The notes: generated by a model from the letters alone, not told the origin. A stretch of DNA of 64,000 nt from an uncultured delta proteobacterium (GCA_963798485.1 CAWCTR010000018.1:32573-96572), one strand, 5' to 3'. Shown: positions 54,116 through 63,788, counted from the first letter of the stretch. Numbers and translations: made by a program.

Positions 54116-55353
54116 GAGACATGCTTAAAGATTATTTCGAAAACCTGGAAACGGGAATCGTATCATCCATTCAGGACAAAGGCGGCAAAGCGAGCCCGAG
54201 GAAGCTCTATTCCCTTGAGATCGCACGTCTCGGCAAACGGCTCTATTCCGGGACAAACAAGGTGGCCTGGTGCGGTGTCACCGCACCCTTCGACCTCCTG
54301 CACGCCATGGGTCTGACCTCCTGCTTTGTTGAGTTCGTCGGGGCCATGCTCGCCTCCACCGGCATGGTGGGAGACATCATCGAGGTGGCGGATCATGTGG
54401 GGTATTCATCGGATGTCTGCAGCTACCACCGGGCCGTGACCGGCGCTGCCATCAAGGGGCTCATGCCGGTCCCCGAGCTCCTGGTGGGCACGACGAACCC
54501 CTGCAGCGGCGGGCTTGGGGTGATCGAGAACCTTGCACGGCATTTCAGCAAGCCGCTCTTTATCCTGAACATCCCCCAGGGCGACTCCGATCATGATGTG
54601 GCGTATCTCGCAGGCCAGATGAGAGACCTCACCGGGTTTGTCGGCACCCATACCGGGAATAAGCTCGACAGGGCAAGGCTGAAATCGGTCATCGAAAACA
54701 CCAACAAGGCCAGGGCGCTCCTGCTCGATGTTTTCGATCTGGCAAAACAGTGCCCTTCGCCGGCCAACAATAAGGATCTGAACAATTTTCTCATCTCCCT
54801 GGCCCTCTTCATGGGGAGCCGGGAGTGTGTCGACCTGGCAAGGGCCTACCGCGACGAGTTTGTACGCCGGATCGCAAACAACCAGAGCGGGGTTGAAGGC
54901 GAGAAGATCCGCCTCATGTGGATACAGAACCGCATTCAGTTCCGCAACCCGCTGGAAAAGGTCCTCGAAAATGAATACAAGGCATCGATCGTCATCGACG
55001 AGCTCAACGACATCGCGTGGGACCCCATCGATCCGGATGATCCCTTCGAGGGGCTTGCCCGGAGGTCCATGTCCATCTCCTTCAACGGCACGAGCTTCCG
55101 GCGAATCGAGAGCCTGAAGCGGCTCGCCAGGGATTACAAGATCCACGGCGCCATCAACCCCTGCAACTGGGGATGCAGGCAGGGCACCGGGACACGGGGG
55201 CTCATCGAGGCGGGCTTACGCGATATCGGCGTACCGGTGCTGAACCTCGAGGTAGACTGCGTGGATGAGCGCAAGTTTACGGAGGGACAGTTCAGGACAC
55301 GCATCGAGGCCTTTATGGAGATGATCCAGTCAAACCCGTCTCCCTGGCAGTAA
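54112..55353 (+). CDS. 2-hydroxyacyl-CoA dehydratase / benzoyl-CoA reductase B/C family subunit
   Basis: GYSSDVCSY, PC, WGCRQ, E.DCVDER...GQ.RTRIEAF.E. Confidence 0.85.
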   Translation: MRDMLKDYFENLETGIVSSIQDKGGKASPRKLYSLEIARLGKRLYSGTNKVAWCGVTAPFDLLHAMGLTSCFVEFVGAMLASTGMVGDIIEVADHVGYSSDVCSYHRAVTGAAIKGLMPVPELLVGTTNPCSGGLGVIENLARHFSKPLFILNIPQGDSDHDVAYLAGQMRDLTGFVGTHTGNKLDRARLKSVIENTNKARALLLDVFDLAKQCPSPANNKDLNNFLISLALFMGSRECVDLARAYRDEFVRRIANNQSGVEGEKIRLMWIQNRIQFRNPLEKVLENEYKASIVIDELNDIAWDPIDPDDPFEGLARRSMSISFNGTSFRRIESLKRLARDYKIHGAINPCNWGCRQGTGTRGLIEAGLRDIGVPVLNLEVDCVDERKFTEGQFRTRIEAFMEMIQSNPSPWQ

Positions 55354-55372
55354 GAGAGTAGGAGCGTTTATC

Positions 55373-56161
55373 ATGTACTATCTGGGTATCGATATCGGCA
55401 GCCTATCATGTGATGCGGTCCTCATCGACCGGGAAAGGAATATGGTTGCAACAGCAGTGGTGCCCACCGGCGCCAAGAACCGTGAGGCCATTGCCATGGC
55501 CACTGAGTTTGTGCTGAACCGGGTAGGGATTTCACGGGACAAGGTGAGGGCTACCGTATCAACCGGCTATGGACGGGACAGGGTTGAGGAAAAGCTCGCC
55601 TCTGTTACGGAGATATCATGCCATGCCAAGGGCATGCAGTCCCTCCATAACGGCGCCAGGGTGCTCATCGATATCGGCGGCCAGGACAGCAAGTGCATCC
55701 TCATGTCGGACAAAGGGACGGTGGTGAACTTTGCCATGAACGACAAGTGCGCGGCAGGGACCGGCCGTTTTCTTGAGGCCATGGCCCGCGCCCTCCAGGT
55801 TGACATCAACGACATGGGTGATCTCGATGCCGGGGCGGAGGGCGCCGTAACCATCAGCAGTATGTGTACGGTTTTTGCCGAGAGTGAGGTGGTATCGCTC
55901 ATTGCAGAAGGCGCCGGCGTGAACGAGATCGTCAAGGGACTGAACCGTTCCATAGCATCCCGCACGGTCTCACTGATAAAACGTGTCATACCGGACTTTT
56001 CCGGGATGCAGTTCGCCATGTCCGGCGGGGTCGCCAGGAACAAAGGCGTGGTGCGTGCCATTGAAGAGGCATTGGAGTATAACGTGTTTGTCCCGGAAAT
56101 ACCTGACACGGTAGGTGCCCTGGGCGCCGCACTCTTCGCCATTGAGCGGAGCCTCCAATAG
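55373..56161 (+). CDS. ATP-dependent [4Fe-4S] activator (HgdC/BadF-BadG-BcrA-BcrD family)
   Basis: GIDIGS, TGYGR, IDIGGQDSK, MNDKCAAGTGRFLE, SSMCTVFAESE. Confidence 0.93.
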   Translation: MYYLGIDIGSLSCDAVLIDRERNMVATAVVPTGAKNREAIAMATEFVLNRVGISRDKVRATVSTGYGRDRVEEKLASVTEISCHAKGMQSLHNGARVLIDIGGQDSKCILMSDKGTVVNFAMNDKCAAGTGRFLEAMARALQVDINDMGDLDAGAEGAVTISSMCTVFAESEVVSLIAEGAGVNEIVKGLNRSIASRTVSLIKRVIPDFSGMQFAMSGGVARNKGVVRAIEEALEYNVFVPEIPDTVGALGAALFAIERSLQ

Positions 56162-56187
56162 GACTGTCGCAAAGACCGAGGATTGCA

Positions 56188-57102
56188 TTGGAAAGCTTAA
56201 AACCGATCTTACCTGTCATCAATGATGATGAAGGGGCTTATGTCCATGACACATTACCGTTTATTATAGATTCCCATGTACACATATTTCCTGATCATAT
56301 CTTTAAAACGATCTGGCAATGGTTTGATCAATTCGCATGGACAATACGGTATAGACTGACATCTGCTGAGGTTCTGAGATACCTGTTATCACGAGGAGTC
56401 GGGCACATCGTCGCCCTGCAGTATGCACACAAGCCGGGCATTGCCCGTGAGTTGAACAACTATATGCTTGAAATCTGTCAGGAGTTTCCCGGGAAGGTAA
56501 CCGGTATGGCCACTGTTTTCCCGGGAGAAAAAGATAGCGATGCTATCCTGAAAGAAGCGTTTGGAAAGGGATTGCAAGGCGTAAAGCTCCATGCCCATGT
56601 GCAGTGCTTTGACATGAACAGCGAAGCAATGGATGTCGTGTATGAGACCTGTTCGTCTGAAGGCAAGCCTTTGATAATGCATGTCGGAAGAGAGCCCAAG
56701 AGCCCTGCATACAAATGCGATCCATACCTGTTATGCAATGCGGATAAACTGGAACAGGTAATCAGGAATTATCCGAAACTCACCGTATGCGTCCCGCATC
56801 TGGGTGTCGATGAATTCACCAGGTATAAGCAGCTGATCGAAAAATATGATAATCTCTGGCTTGATACCGCCATGCTTCTTGCCGGTTATTTCCCCATCGA
56901 GAATCCGTATAGATTGGACGAGATGAGATCCGATCGTATCATGTACGGATCTGATTTTCCCAACATACCCTATGCATGGGATCGTGAGATAAAATGGTTT
57001 CTCAAAAGCGGATTATCGGATGACTTCACAGAGGCGGTGTTGAGTAAAAACGCTACGAGTTTTTTCCATCTGGGTTCTCATCATTCTTCACCTCTTCCTT
57101 AA
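56188..57102 (+). CDS. Amidohydrolase_2-family metallo-hydrolase/decarboxylase
   Basis: IIDSHVH, GVKLH, MHVG, VPHLG, MYGSDFP. Confidence 0.88.
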   Translation: MESLKPILPVINDDEGAYVHDTLPFIIDSHVHIFPDHIFKTIWQWFDQFAWTIRYRLTSAEVLRYLLSRGVGHIVALQYAHKPGIARELNNYMLEICQEFPGKVTGMATVFPGEKDSDAILKEAFGKGLQGVKLHAHVQCFDMNSEAMDVVYETCSSEGKPLIMHVGREPKSPAYKCDPYLLCNADKLEQVIRNYPKLTVCVPHLGVDEFTRYKQLIEKYDNLWLDTAMLLAGYFPIENPYRLDEMRSDRIMYGSDFPNIPYAWDREIKWFLKSGLSDDFTEAVLSKNATSFFHLGSHHSSPLP

Positions 57103-57206
57103 GGAATGCATGCCCGAATAAAATCTTCAGAGGGGAAAAGAAAAGGGAACAGATTTATTTTGGATGATATGCGATGGAGAGCAATAATAAATCTGTCCCT
57201 GGGCTG

Positions 57207-57467
57207 TCATGCCTGCCTCTTTACGTGCTTACCGGAGAGCACGAGGAATATGATCGCAACGATGAGGAGCTTGCTGCTCCATAGTATTGATAAAATTGAT
57301 CCGGCAAGCTTGAGGGTGATCTTCACCCCGGCGAGGCACAGCAGGACGATCCCTGCGACCTTCAGCCACTGCCTGGCAGGTGAAAGCCTCAGCAACAGCT
57401 CTTTCCTGACCTCAAGGAGCTCCCGGACAGTCTCGTCGATCTCACGGCTCAGCTTCTTTTCAGCCAT
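57207..57467 (-). CDS. Small membrane protein
   Basis: MAEKKLSREIDETVRELL.. followed by hydrophobic helices; GGAGG SD; overlaps upstream gene. Confidence 0.6.
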   Translation of the reverse strand: MAEKKLSREIDETVRELLEVRKELLLRLSPARQWLKVAGIVLLCLAGVKITLKLAGSILSILWSSKLLIVAIIFLVLSGKHVKRQA

Positions 57468-57832
57468 CGCATGTCCTCCTGTACACAGCTCAAGTGTTTC
57501 CGCGCCTCTCTGGCCCCTTTTTTCGCCATCACCAGAGCAGCACCTCCAAGAAACAAGCCGGTAAACATAAGCGAAGCGGTAACAATGAGCGCTGAAACCC
57601 ACGGCACAAACCATGTGTTCAGCAGCAGCACAATGGTCACCAGACTAAAGACACCGGCCAGCGCCACGAGCACAAGGCATGCACCTCCCAGGGCAAGCAC
57701 CGGAAGCCCGGTCTTCAGGGCGCCTTTACCAACCTCTTTCACGTAAGCCTTTTCCTGTTTCAAGAATCTCCTGACCAGGCTCACAAAGCGCTTAATCAGG
57801 CTGAATGTGGCTTCTCCTTCGAAGTTACCCAT
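57449..57832 (-). CDS. Phage_holin_3_6 / YqjE-like membrane protein
   Basis: L..LV..F..QE......E, two TMs with PW.SALIV, C-terminal ED..WLK; GGAGG SD. Confidence 0.7.
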   Translation of the reverse strand: MGNFEGEATFSLIKRFVSLVRRFLKQEKAYVKEVGKGALKTGLPVLALGGACLVLVALAGVFSLVTIVLLLNTWFVPWVSALIVTASLMFTGLFLGGAALVMAKKGAREARKHLSCVQEDMRWLKRS

Positions 57833-58003
57833 GGCGGAACCCTCCTTCTGATTGGATAGTATCAGCAGCTAAAACGTTTTGCAATCAGCTCGGCTTTTTA
57901 TGGTAAAAGAGAATGGGAATGATCTGCATCATGCTTAAGGGATAATAGCTTCCGGATTTGACATGATAACCGGAAACTTATAAATATAGGCTATGGAGGG
58001 CCG

Positions 58004-59164
58004 ATGAAGCTCGAACCCGAACAGGAAGGCATGCTCAAGGGTGATAACGGGCGTATCATGGCAAAGGCCATGGAAACGGTCGTCAGGTATGGTGAGGCCT
58101 TTGGTGCAAAAAGGCTTGTGCCCATCAAGTCAGGCCATCTTGCAGGGACGTTCGGCATAGGCCCCTATGGGGCATATATACATATCCTTAGGCAGATGGC
58201 CGGGGAAGGGCTGAAGGTAAGGGTCCCCACCACGGTCAATCCCAGGCCGGGGTATGACCTCAATTTCCTGAACCGGCACATCGTATTCACCAAGCAGAGA
58301 CCGCTGGAGGAACTCCTCGCAGCCATCGGCGTCACCCCCAATTATTCCTGCGTCTGTTACGAGAAGGCGAATGTGCCCGCATTCGGGGACAGGCTTGCCT
58401 GGGCCGAGTCGTCGGCAGTCCAGTTCGCCAACTCGGTGCTTGGCGCGCGTACCAACCGGAACTCGATATTGATGGATGTATGCTGTTCCATTACCGGATT
58501 CACCCCCGAGTTCGGCTATTTGCTTGACGGGCACAGGTACGCCCAGATGCTGGTGAGGCTGAATATCAAAAAGATGGATGCCCCGGCACTCGGCTACCTG
58601 CTCGGGAAAAAGGTCGTGGACAAGGTCCCCCTTATCGAGCACTATCCGTTCAGCCGCATAGAGCTGAAGAATATGGGCGGCTCCATGGCGGCTTCCGGCG
58701 GGGTGGCGCTGTTCCACGTCGAGGGTCTCACCCCGGAAGCCCTTGACATGAAGTCGGTGTTCGATGGACCTCCCAAGGTTACCATCACTGTCACGCAGGA
58801 GGACCTGGATAACCTGCGCCTGCGCAAACCCGAAAGCGCAGACATGGTCGTTTTCGGGTGCCCGCAGATGACCTGCGTAGAGGCACTGGCTATTGCGGAG
58901 AAGTTCAAAGGGAAGAAGGTAAGGGTCCCGACCTGGTTCTGCATGGTCCCTGACGAGCTTAGGGAATTCAAGGGGCACGAGCTGTACGGGAATGTGCTCG
59001 ACGCCGGGATTACCATATCGGAATATTGCCCTTTGGCGGCATTTTCCATGCGCCTGGGCAACAAACACATCCTGACCCCTTCCGGGAAGCTGCTGTATTA
59101 CCTTAAAGGGGCTGATTACGGCACTGAAGATGACTGCCTGAGGGCATGCGGGGTGATGTCATGA
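58004..59164 (+). CDS. Aconitase X catalytic (large, DUF521) subunit
   Basis: VPTT.NP, WAESSA..FANSVLGARTNR, GGSMAASGG..LFHVEG.TPEA, GCP. Confidence 0.9.
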   Translation: MKLEPEQEGMLKGDNGRIMAKAMETVVRYGEAFGAKRLVPIKSGHLAGTFGIGPYGAYIHILRQMAGEGLKVRVPTTVNPRPGYDLNFLNRHIVFTKQRPLEELLAAIGVTPNYSCVCYEKANVPAFGDRLAWAESSAVQFANSVLGARTNRNSILMDVCCSITGFTPEFGYLLDGHRYAQMLVRLNIKKMDAPALGYLLGKKVVDKVPLIEHYPFSRIELKNMGGSMAASGGVALFHVEGLTPEALDMKSVFDGPPKVTITVTQEDLDNLRLRKPESADMVVFGCPQMTCVEALAIAEKFKGKKVRVPTWFCMVPDELREFKGHELYGNVLDAGITISEYCPLAAFSMRLGNKHILTPSGKLLYYLKGADYGTEDDCLRACGVMS

Positions 59165-59601
59165 CAATTCTCCAGGGGAATCCGGTGATAAAAGGCAAGG
59201 CCTGTGGGCCTGCCATGGTGACGAAGATGCCCATGAATTTCACCGCAGCTTTCACCAAGCCCAAAAATCTTATCCCGGCCTGGCGGTCGCTGGTGCAGGA
59301 CGGCAACCACGACCTGTTCAACAAGAACATCAGGAATACGGTCTTTGTGTACCCTGCAACCATCGGCTCCACCTATACCGGGATGGTGCTGCTCGAACTG
59401 ATGTACCGGGGTGTTGCGCCGGCTGCGATCATCGTTCAGAACGCTGACCCGCTGATGGCGGCAGGCCCCATACTTGCAGAGGTCTGGTTCGAAAAGGGCA
59501 TACCCGTAGTCGAGTACCCGGGCCAGGACATTTTCGACAAAATCAAGACAGGCGATCAGGTTGAAGTCAACGGGGACACCGGCGAGATAACCGTGCTGTA
59601 G
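59161..59601 (+). CDS. Aconitase X swivel (small, DUF126) subunit
   Basis: G...G.A.GPA.V, HDL....I...VFVYP..IGST, APAAII, IKTGD.VEV.G..G. Confidence 0.88.
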   Translation: MTILQGNPVIKGKACGPAMVTKMPMNFTAAFTKPKNLIPAWRSLVQDGNHDLFNKNIRNTVFVYPATIGSTYTGMVLLELMYRGVAPAAIIVQNADPLMAAGPILAEVWFEKGIPVVEYPGQDIFDKIKTGDQVEVNGDTGEITVL

Positions 59602-59873
59602 CCCGGGTACAAAATAAATCTGCCCCTTTTATCCTTTCATTATGCAAGAGTGAGTAGGTTATCAATGGAGGTTATTGAATATAATATATGATAATACAAG
59701 ACCTGACCCCGTGCTCCCTTGCTCCCTCTTAATTTGCCGGGTAACTGCCGCGTGATGTCTGTAAAGCAAGGCTAGGACTATATACGCCTAGTGTTCGATT
59801 CTCCCCGCTTTAATATTTAGCATATCACTTTTAGATTACCGCGCTTACTGTTGCCTCGAATGAACTTTGATTC

Positions 59874-59902
59874 TTGACCATTTGTATCAAAAATGGTACA
59901 CT
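59874..59902 (+). promoter_or_regulatory. TA promoter with autoregulatory inverted repeat
   Basis: TTGACC-17-TACACT with ACCATTT-N7-AAATGGT (59877-59897) across the spacer. Confidence 0.7.
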
Positions 59903-59911
59903 CACTCTCAA

Positions 59912-60265
59912 ATGATAAACCGCTCTCAACTGATTGTTGTCTTCTATAAAAACGTGTCAGGGAGAGAACCCGTAAGGGAGTGGCTAAAGGGTTTATCAAA
60001 GAACGACAAGAAAATGATCGGTGAAGATATTAAAACTGTACAATTTGGTTGGCCGATCGGAATGCCAGTCGTTAAGAAGTTAGAAGAGTATCTTTGGGAA
60101 ATTAGAACAAGGCTTGATAATAGAATTTCTCGGATAGTTATTACAATTCAAGAGGGTAGAATCATATTGTTACATGGGTTCATCAAAAAAGAGCAGAAGA
60201 CTCCTCAAGGAGATCTACAATTAGCACGAAAGAGATTAATGGATGTACGAGGCAAACATGAATAA
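59912..60265 (+). CDS. RelE/HigB-like (Gp49/DUF891-type) toxin
   Basis: FY....G.EPVREWL, GWPIGMP.V.KL...LWEIR...RISR, LLHGFIKK.QKTP. Confidence 0.88.
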   Translation: MINRSQLIVVFYKNVSGREPVREWLKGLSKNDKKMIGEDIKTVQFGWPIGMPVVKKLEEYLWEIRTRLDNRISRIVITIQEGRIILLHGFIKKEQKTPQGDLQLARKRLMDVRGKHE

Positions 60266-60539
60266 TAAACATATCGGATCAAATTTTGATGACTTTTTAA
60301 AAGATGAAGACCTTCTCGATGAGGTTACAACCACCGCTATCAAGCGGGTAATTTCATATCAGCTCAAAAAGGCCATGGAGGAAAGGAAGCTAACAAAGCA
60401 GAAGTTAGCTGACATGATGAGTACGAGCCGATCTTCTCTTGATCGTCTCCTCAATCCTCAAAATACATCGATTACTCTTAAAACCCTTGGTAAAGCAGCA
60501 CATGCCCTTGGAAAGAAGATCGTTGTAGATCTTCGGTGA
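60258..60539 (+). CDS. HTH (XRE) antitoxin
   Basis: HIGSNFDDFL.DE, LA..M.TSRS.LDRLL.P...SITL.TL; overlaps toxin stop. Confidence 0.88.
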   Translation: MNNKHIGSNFDDFLKDEDLLDEVTTTAIKRVISYQLKKAMEERKLTKQKLADMMSTSRSSLDRLLNPQNTSITLKTLGKAAHALGKKIVVDLR

Positions 60540-60720
60540 TTTCATATTAATCTGCAAATCCTATCAAGATCACAAGTGCCGTGTAAGTGCCGTAAACCAT
60601 CTGTAAACCCAGGCTGTACCTATATAGAAAAGGTGTTCAAATCCCCAGGTCTTAATGTGGTCCTTGGTACGGATTTGGTACGAATACACCGGTATAGAAA
60701 CTAGGAATAAAGCCATTAAA

Positions 60721-60749
60721 TGGCGGAAGCGCATGGGAATCGAACCCAT
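60721..60749 (-). tRNA. selC: 3' fragment of tRNA-Sec (att site, not a complete tRNA)
   Basis: Minus strand ATGGG-TTCGATT-CCCAT-GCGCTTCC-G-CCA: 5-bp T-stem, 8-nt acceptor strand, G discriminator, CCA; no 5' half adjacent. Confidence 0.82.
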
Positions 60750-60773
60750 GCGGATAGTTCGTAAGCCTTATTA

Positions 60774-61913
60774 TTACTTAGCATTTTTAACACCGGAATC
60801 GTCCGCTTGCAACTTGCTTGCATGTTCGCTTGCACGTTTGCTTGCAAGCGAGAAGACATTATCGAGTTTCAATTTCAGCGCCCTGGTGGACCTTTCAGCG
60901 TACCTCTTTGTCATCTGAATGTTGCTATGCCCATAGAGCCTCCGAAGATCCTCAAGGTCAATATTCCCTTCATCCATATTGAGCAGGTTACAGCCAAGGG
61001 AGTGACGGAGCAACCGTAGCGGGGCAGCCTTCAAGCCTGCATCCCTGCAAGCTTTCCGCCATAAATCGGAGAAGTCGCGCCCGTAATGCTTATTAGTCCT
61101 TGGGTTAATGAAGATGAAGGGAGAGTGGGTGTGGGGTAGGGACTTGATAAAATCATCCAGGAGGCTATAGCGCGGGATCTTGCGCGGCTTCCTGTTTTTG
61201 ACCGTCTTCAGCTCTTCTTCCCTGCCGAAGGTTTCCCGGATAAGCACATGATCATCTTTGATGCAATCCCATTGCATGGCCCTGGCCTCAGATGTGCGAC
61301 AGCCGGTGAGCCTGATAAATTCGAATACCATCCGATCGGGCGCTGGGATCCTCGCCAGGATCGTTTCAATATCATCGGTTTCGATGTACTCAATATCCGG
61401 AGGAATCACTGAATCTTCACCGGTGAAAGATGGCCGTTCCGGGAGCTGGGCAATATAGCCTGATTTTTTTGCATCCCTGAGTATCGCATATAAGCAGTAC
61501 ATGGTGTTTTTCTTGCCCTTGGGCTTGCGGGTTATCTTCGCCTGCAGGTCCTCGAGCTTGTCATAATTGATGTCCTCGAGGAGAGGGTCCCCGAGGATCG
61601 GGTAAAGGTAGTTATCCAGGCTGTTTTCATAATCGTGTATGGTGTTCGATGCCAGGATCTTTCTCTTGCGTTCAAGCCAGGCTTTTGAATAACTTTTAAA
61701 GTGCATGGGCTTGGCCTTCTTGTACTTGAGAGGATTGAAGACTCCCCTGTTTATCTCGCCCCTGATTTCTGAGAGGAGTTGGGTAGCCATCTCCTTAACA
61801 TAGCAGGGGACCCCATTATATGAGCTAAAATAATACCTTTTCCCTTTCCATGCGATATAGACAATCCACCGGTTTCTTTGCGGATCAAGGCGGTACTTTC
61901 CCTTCTTACTCAT
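60774..61913 (-). CDS. Tyrosine recombinase / phage integrase
   Basis: TGCRTSE (R), KTVK (K), LRHS, YGHS....T.RY (H,Y); GGAGG SD before MSKKGK; ends 24 nt from the att fragment. Confidence 0.93.
   Translation of the reverse strand: MSKKGKYRLDPQRNRWIVYIAWKGKRYYFSSYNGVPCYVKEMATQLLSEIRGEINRGVFNPLKYKKAKPMHFKSYSKAWLERKRKILASNTIHDYENSLDNYLYPILGDPLLEDINYDKLEDLQAKITRKPKGKKNTMYCLYAILRDAKKSGYIAQLPERPSFTGEDSVIPPDIEYIETDDIETILARIPAPDRMVFEFIRLTGCRTSEARAMQWDCIKDDHVLIRETFGREEELKTVKNRKPRKIPRYSLLDDFIKSLPHTHSPFIFINPRTNKHYGRDFSDLWRKACRDAGLKAAPLRLLRHSLGCNLLNMDEGNIDLEDLRRLYGHSNIQMTKRYAERSTRALKLKLDNVFSLASKRASEHASKLQADDSGVKNAK
60805..60846. repeat. Four GCTTGCA direct repeats (putative integrase arm-type sites)
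   Basis: GCTTGCA at 60805, 60816, 60828, 60840 (11-12 bp period). Confidence 0.65.
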
Positions 61914-62113
61914 GCCAACAACCTCCACACATGGATTAGGAGCCATGATAGGCGTCATGGGAGATGAGGTCAAGGACATGGTACGTGTCTCCCCTTTTTC
62001 ATTGACCAAATAACAGTCATGTGATATTTAAATTAGTATACTTATAAACCTAAAATATAGTTGAAGACAACTAAATAATGACGTTTTAATAATAAAATTG
62101 GGGGGCTCCTCAA

Positions 62114-62590
62114 GTGGCTGATATGCATGATAGAATATCAGAAGTATTACTAGATACAAAAAAAACAAATGACGAGTTAGCACAAATATTGGGTATCAAT
62201 AAAAATACTGTATCGGCTTATAAGAATAAACATGGGGATCTTAAAGGCATTGTCCTCGAAGGATTAGTTAAGAATTTCAATATAAATCCGGTTTGGCTTC
62301 TCACAGGCACTGGACCCAAACAACCAGAAAAACCTAATCTAAGTTCGTTCGATAAGGTAGCTTTTAAAGGTGTAATGAAAGCGATTGATGAGATTATTGA
62401 TGAAGAGTGTTTGATTATATCATCAGATACGAAATCTGATATAATTATGACATACTATGATGGCATACGAAGAGAAATAGAAGAACTTAAAAAACAAGGT
62501 AAATATTTTGAAATAAATGATTATATAAACAAAACTAGGATAAGGGCCAGTTTTTATACTGTAGTTGAAGCAATTAAGTCCAAATACTAA
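62114..62590 (+). CDS. XRE/CI-like HTH regulator
   Basis: ELAQILGI.KNTVSAY, INP.WLLTG.G; divergent from integrase. Confidence 0.82.
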   Translation: MADMHDRISEVLLDTKKTNDELAQILGINKNTVSAYKNKHGDLKGIVLEGLVKNFNINPVWLLTGTGPKQPEKPNLSSFDKVAFKGVMKAIDEIIDEECLIISSDTKSDIIMTYYDGIRREIEELKKQGKYFEINDYINKTRIRASFYTVVEAIKSKY

Positions 62591-62607
62591 TTAATAGGAT
62601 TTGTATT

Positions 62608-63027
62608 ATGGAGGGAAAAAGAGATCAAAAAAACGATAGAGAAGAAGAAATTTGTAATGAAACCAAAAATGATTTTAAGAATAAAATTCAAGCTGGTGAA
62701 TTTTCGACGGATATAATAAAAGCTGAGGACAGGAAAAAGAATGCAGAAGCACAGCGAAGAGATGCTAATAATAGACATTGGTCCGCTACAATAGATAAGT
62801 ATGTATCGATAACATTTATTGTTATTTTAATGATACTATTGAGTCTATTCGCTATTTTCAAATTGTCTGTATATATAGTAATAGTATACGTAATATTATT
62901 CTTTATTGGCATTTTCTATAGAAGATCTAAGCACAGGATTAAAGAAGAAGAAATTAACATAGAAGTAACTACTGATTTAGTGAAAAAAGTAAAAAGACAG
63001 CTATTGAAATCCGGGAAAGACCTATAA
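62608..63027 (+). CDS. Hypothetical two-TM membrane protein (AT-rich cargo)
   Basis: 139-aa ORF with a central hydrophobic hairpin and very low GC. Confidence 0.6.
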   Translation: MEGKRDQKNDREEEICNETKNDFKNKIQAGEFSTDIIKAEDRKKNAEAQRRDANNRHWSATIDKYVSITFIVILMILLSLFAIFKLSVYIVIVYVILFFIGIFYRRSKHRIKEEEINIEVTTDLVKKVKRQLLKSGKDL

Positions 63028-63288
63028 GTCCTATGGATATATTAGAGGAATGCCCCGGACTTTAAAGGGACCGTTTATGAAAATAAGATGTATTGTCTAT
63101 GCCGATGAAGACGGATTTATTTAGTGGGACTCCGTTCATAAAACACAAACTCCTTCGCCCTCGCCTGCCTATAGGATCACTGGAATAACAAGGAATAAGG
63201 CTTTCTATAGGCTTAAGGAAACCCAATACAAAGCATATCACACTCCCAATAATCAACGATACCAAGGGATCATCATGCCATCCATGTC

Positions 63289-63640
63289 TCATATGAACCC
63301 TCGGTCCTTGAGGATCATCTTGGCCTCCTGGCCCGAGATCCTGAGGTAGACGGCCAGTAGTGAGGGCAGAATGCCCCAGGATGTCCTGTACGACCGGCCC
63401 CCCTTGAGAAACTCTGTCGCTCTGGTGCGCCGCAGGATATGCGGGTGGGCGAGGTCCCGGGGGATGCCGGCTTCCTTCGCACGCTCATAGAACATTCGCC
63501 TGAAATTTCCCTAGTCCACTTTGAACACCTTGCCCTTCTCATCGGGGAAGTCCATCAGGTAATTTGCTATCTCGCTTGTGACAATCGGAGGGACAGGAAT
63601 GCTCCTGATAGGCTTCTTGGGCGACTTCTGCTTGAGTGGT
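63289..63640 (-). pseudogene. Decayed tyrosine recombinase (C-terminal remnant)
   Basis: LKQK..R.IPVP...KVD*GNFRRMFYERAKEAGI...HPHILR.TRA, then out-of-frame VQDILGHSALTT, then AVYLRISG: one stop plus frameshifts. Confidence 0.8.
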
Positions 63641-63788
63641 CCAGTCAATAATTATCTGCATGTTAGCAATGAGTAGGTTATCTTGAAGGCCTTGGCACGA
63701 TAGCACGGAAGTATTTCCTGTAGATTATCTTTCTATATAAATCTACATCATCCCCTGCTAGTCCAGATATTCTGATGAGAGGAAAATA

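Noticed and set aside
57449-57832. Holin implying a prophage
   Set aside because: This YqjE-like family is commonly chromosomal, there is no endolysin or phage context, and it lies outside the att site.
59736-59810. GTTCGATTC T-loop-like word suggesting a tRNA
   Set aside because: No T-stem, cloverleaf or CCA end.
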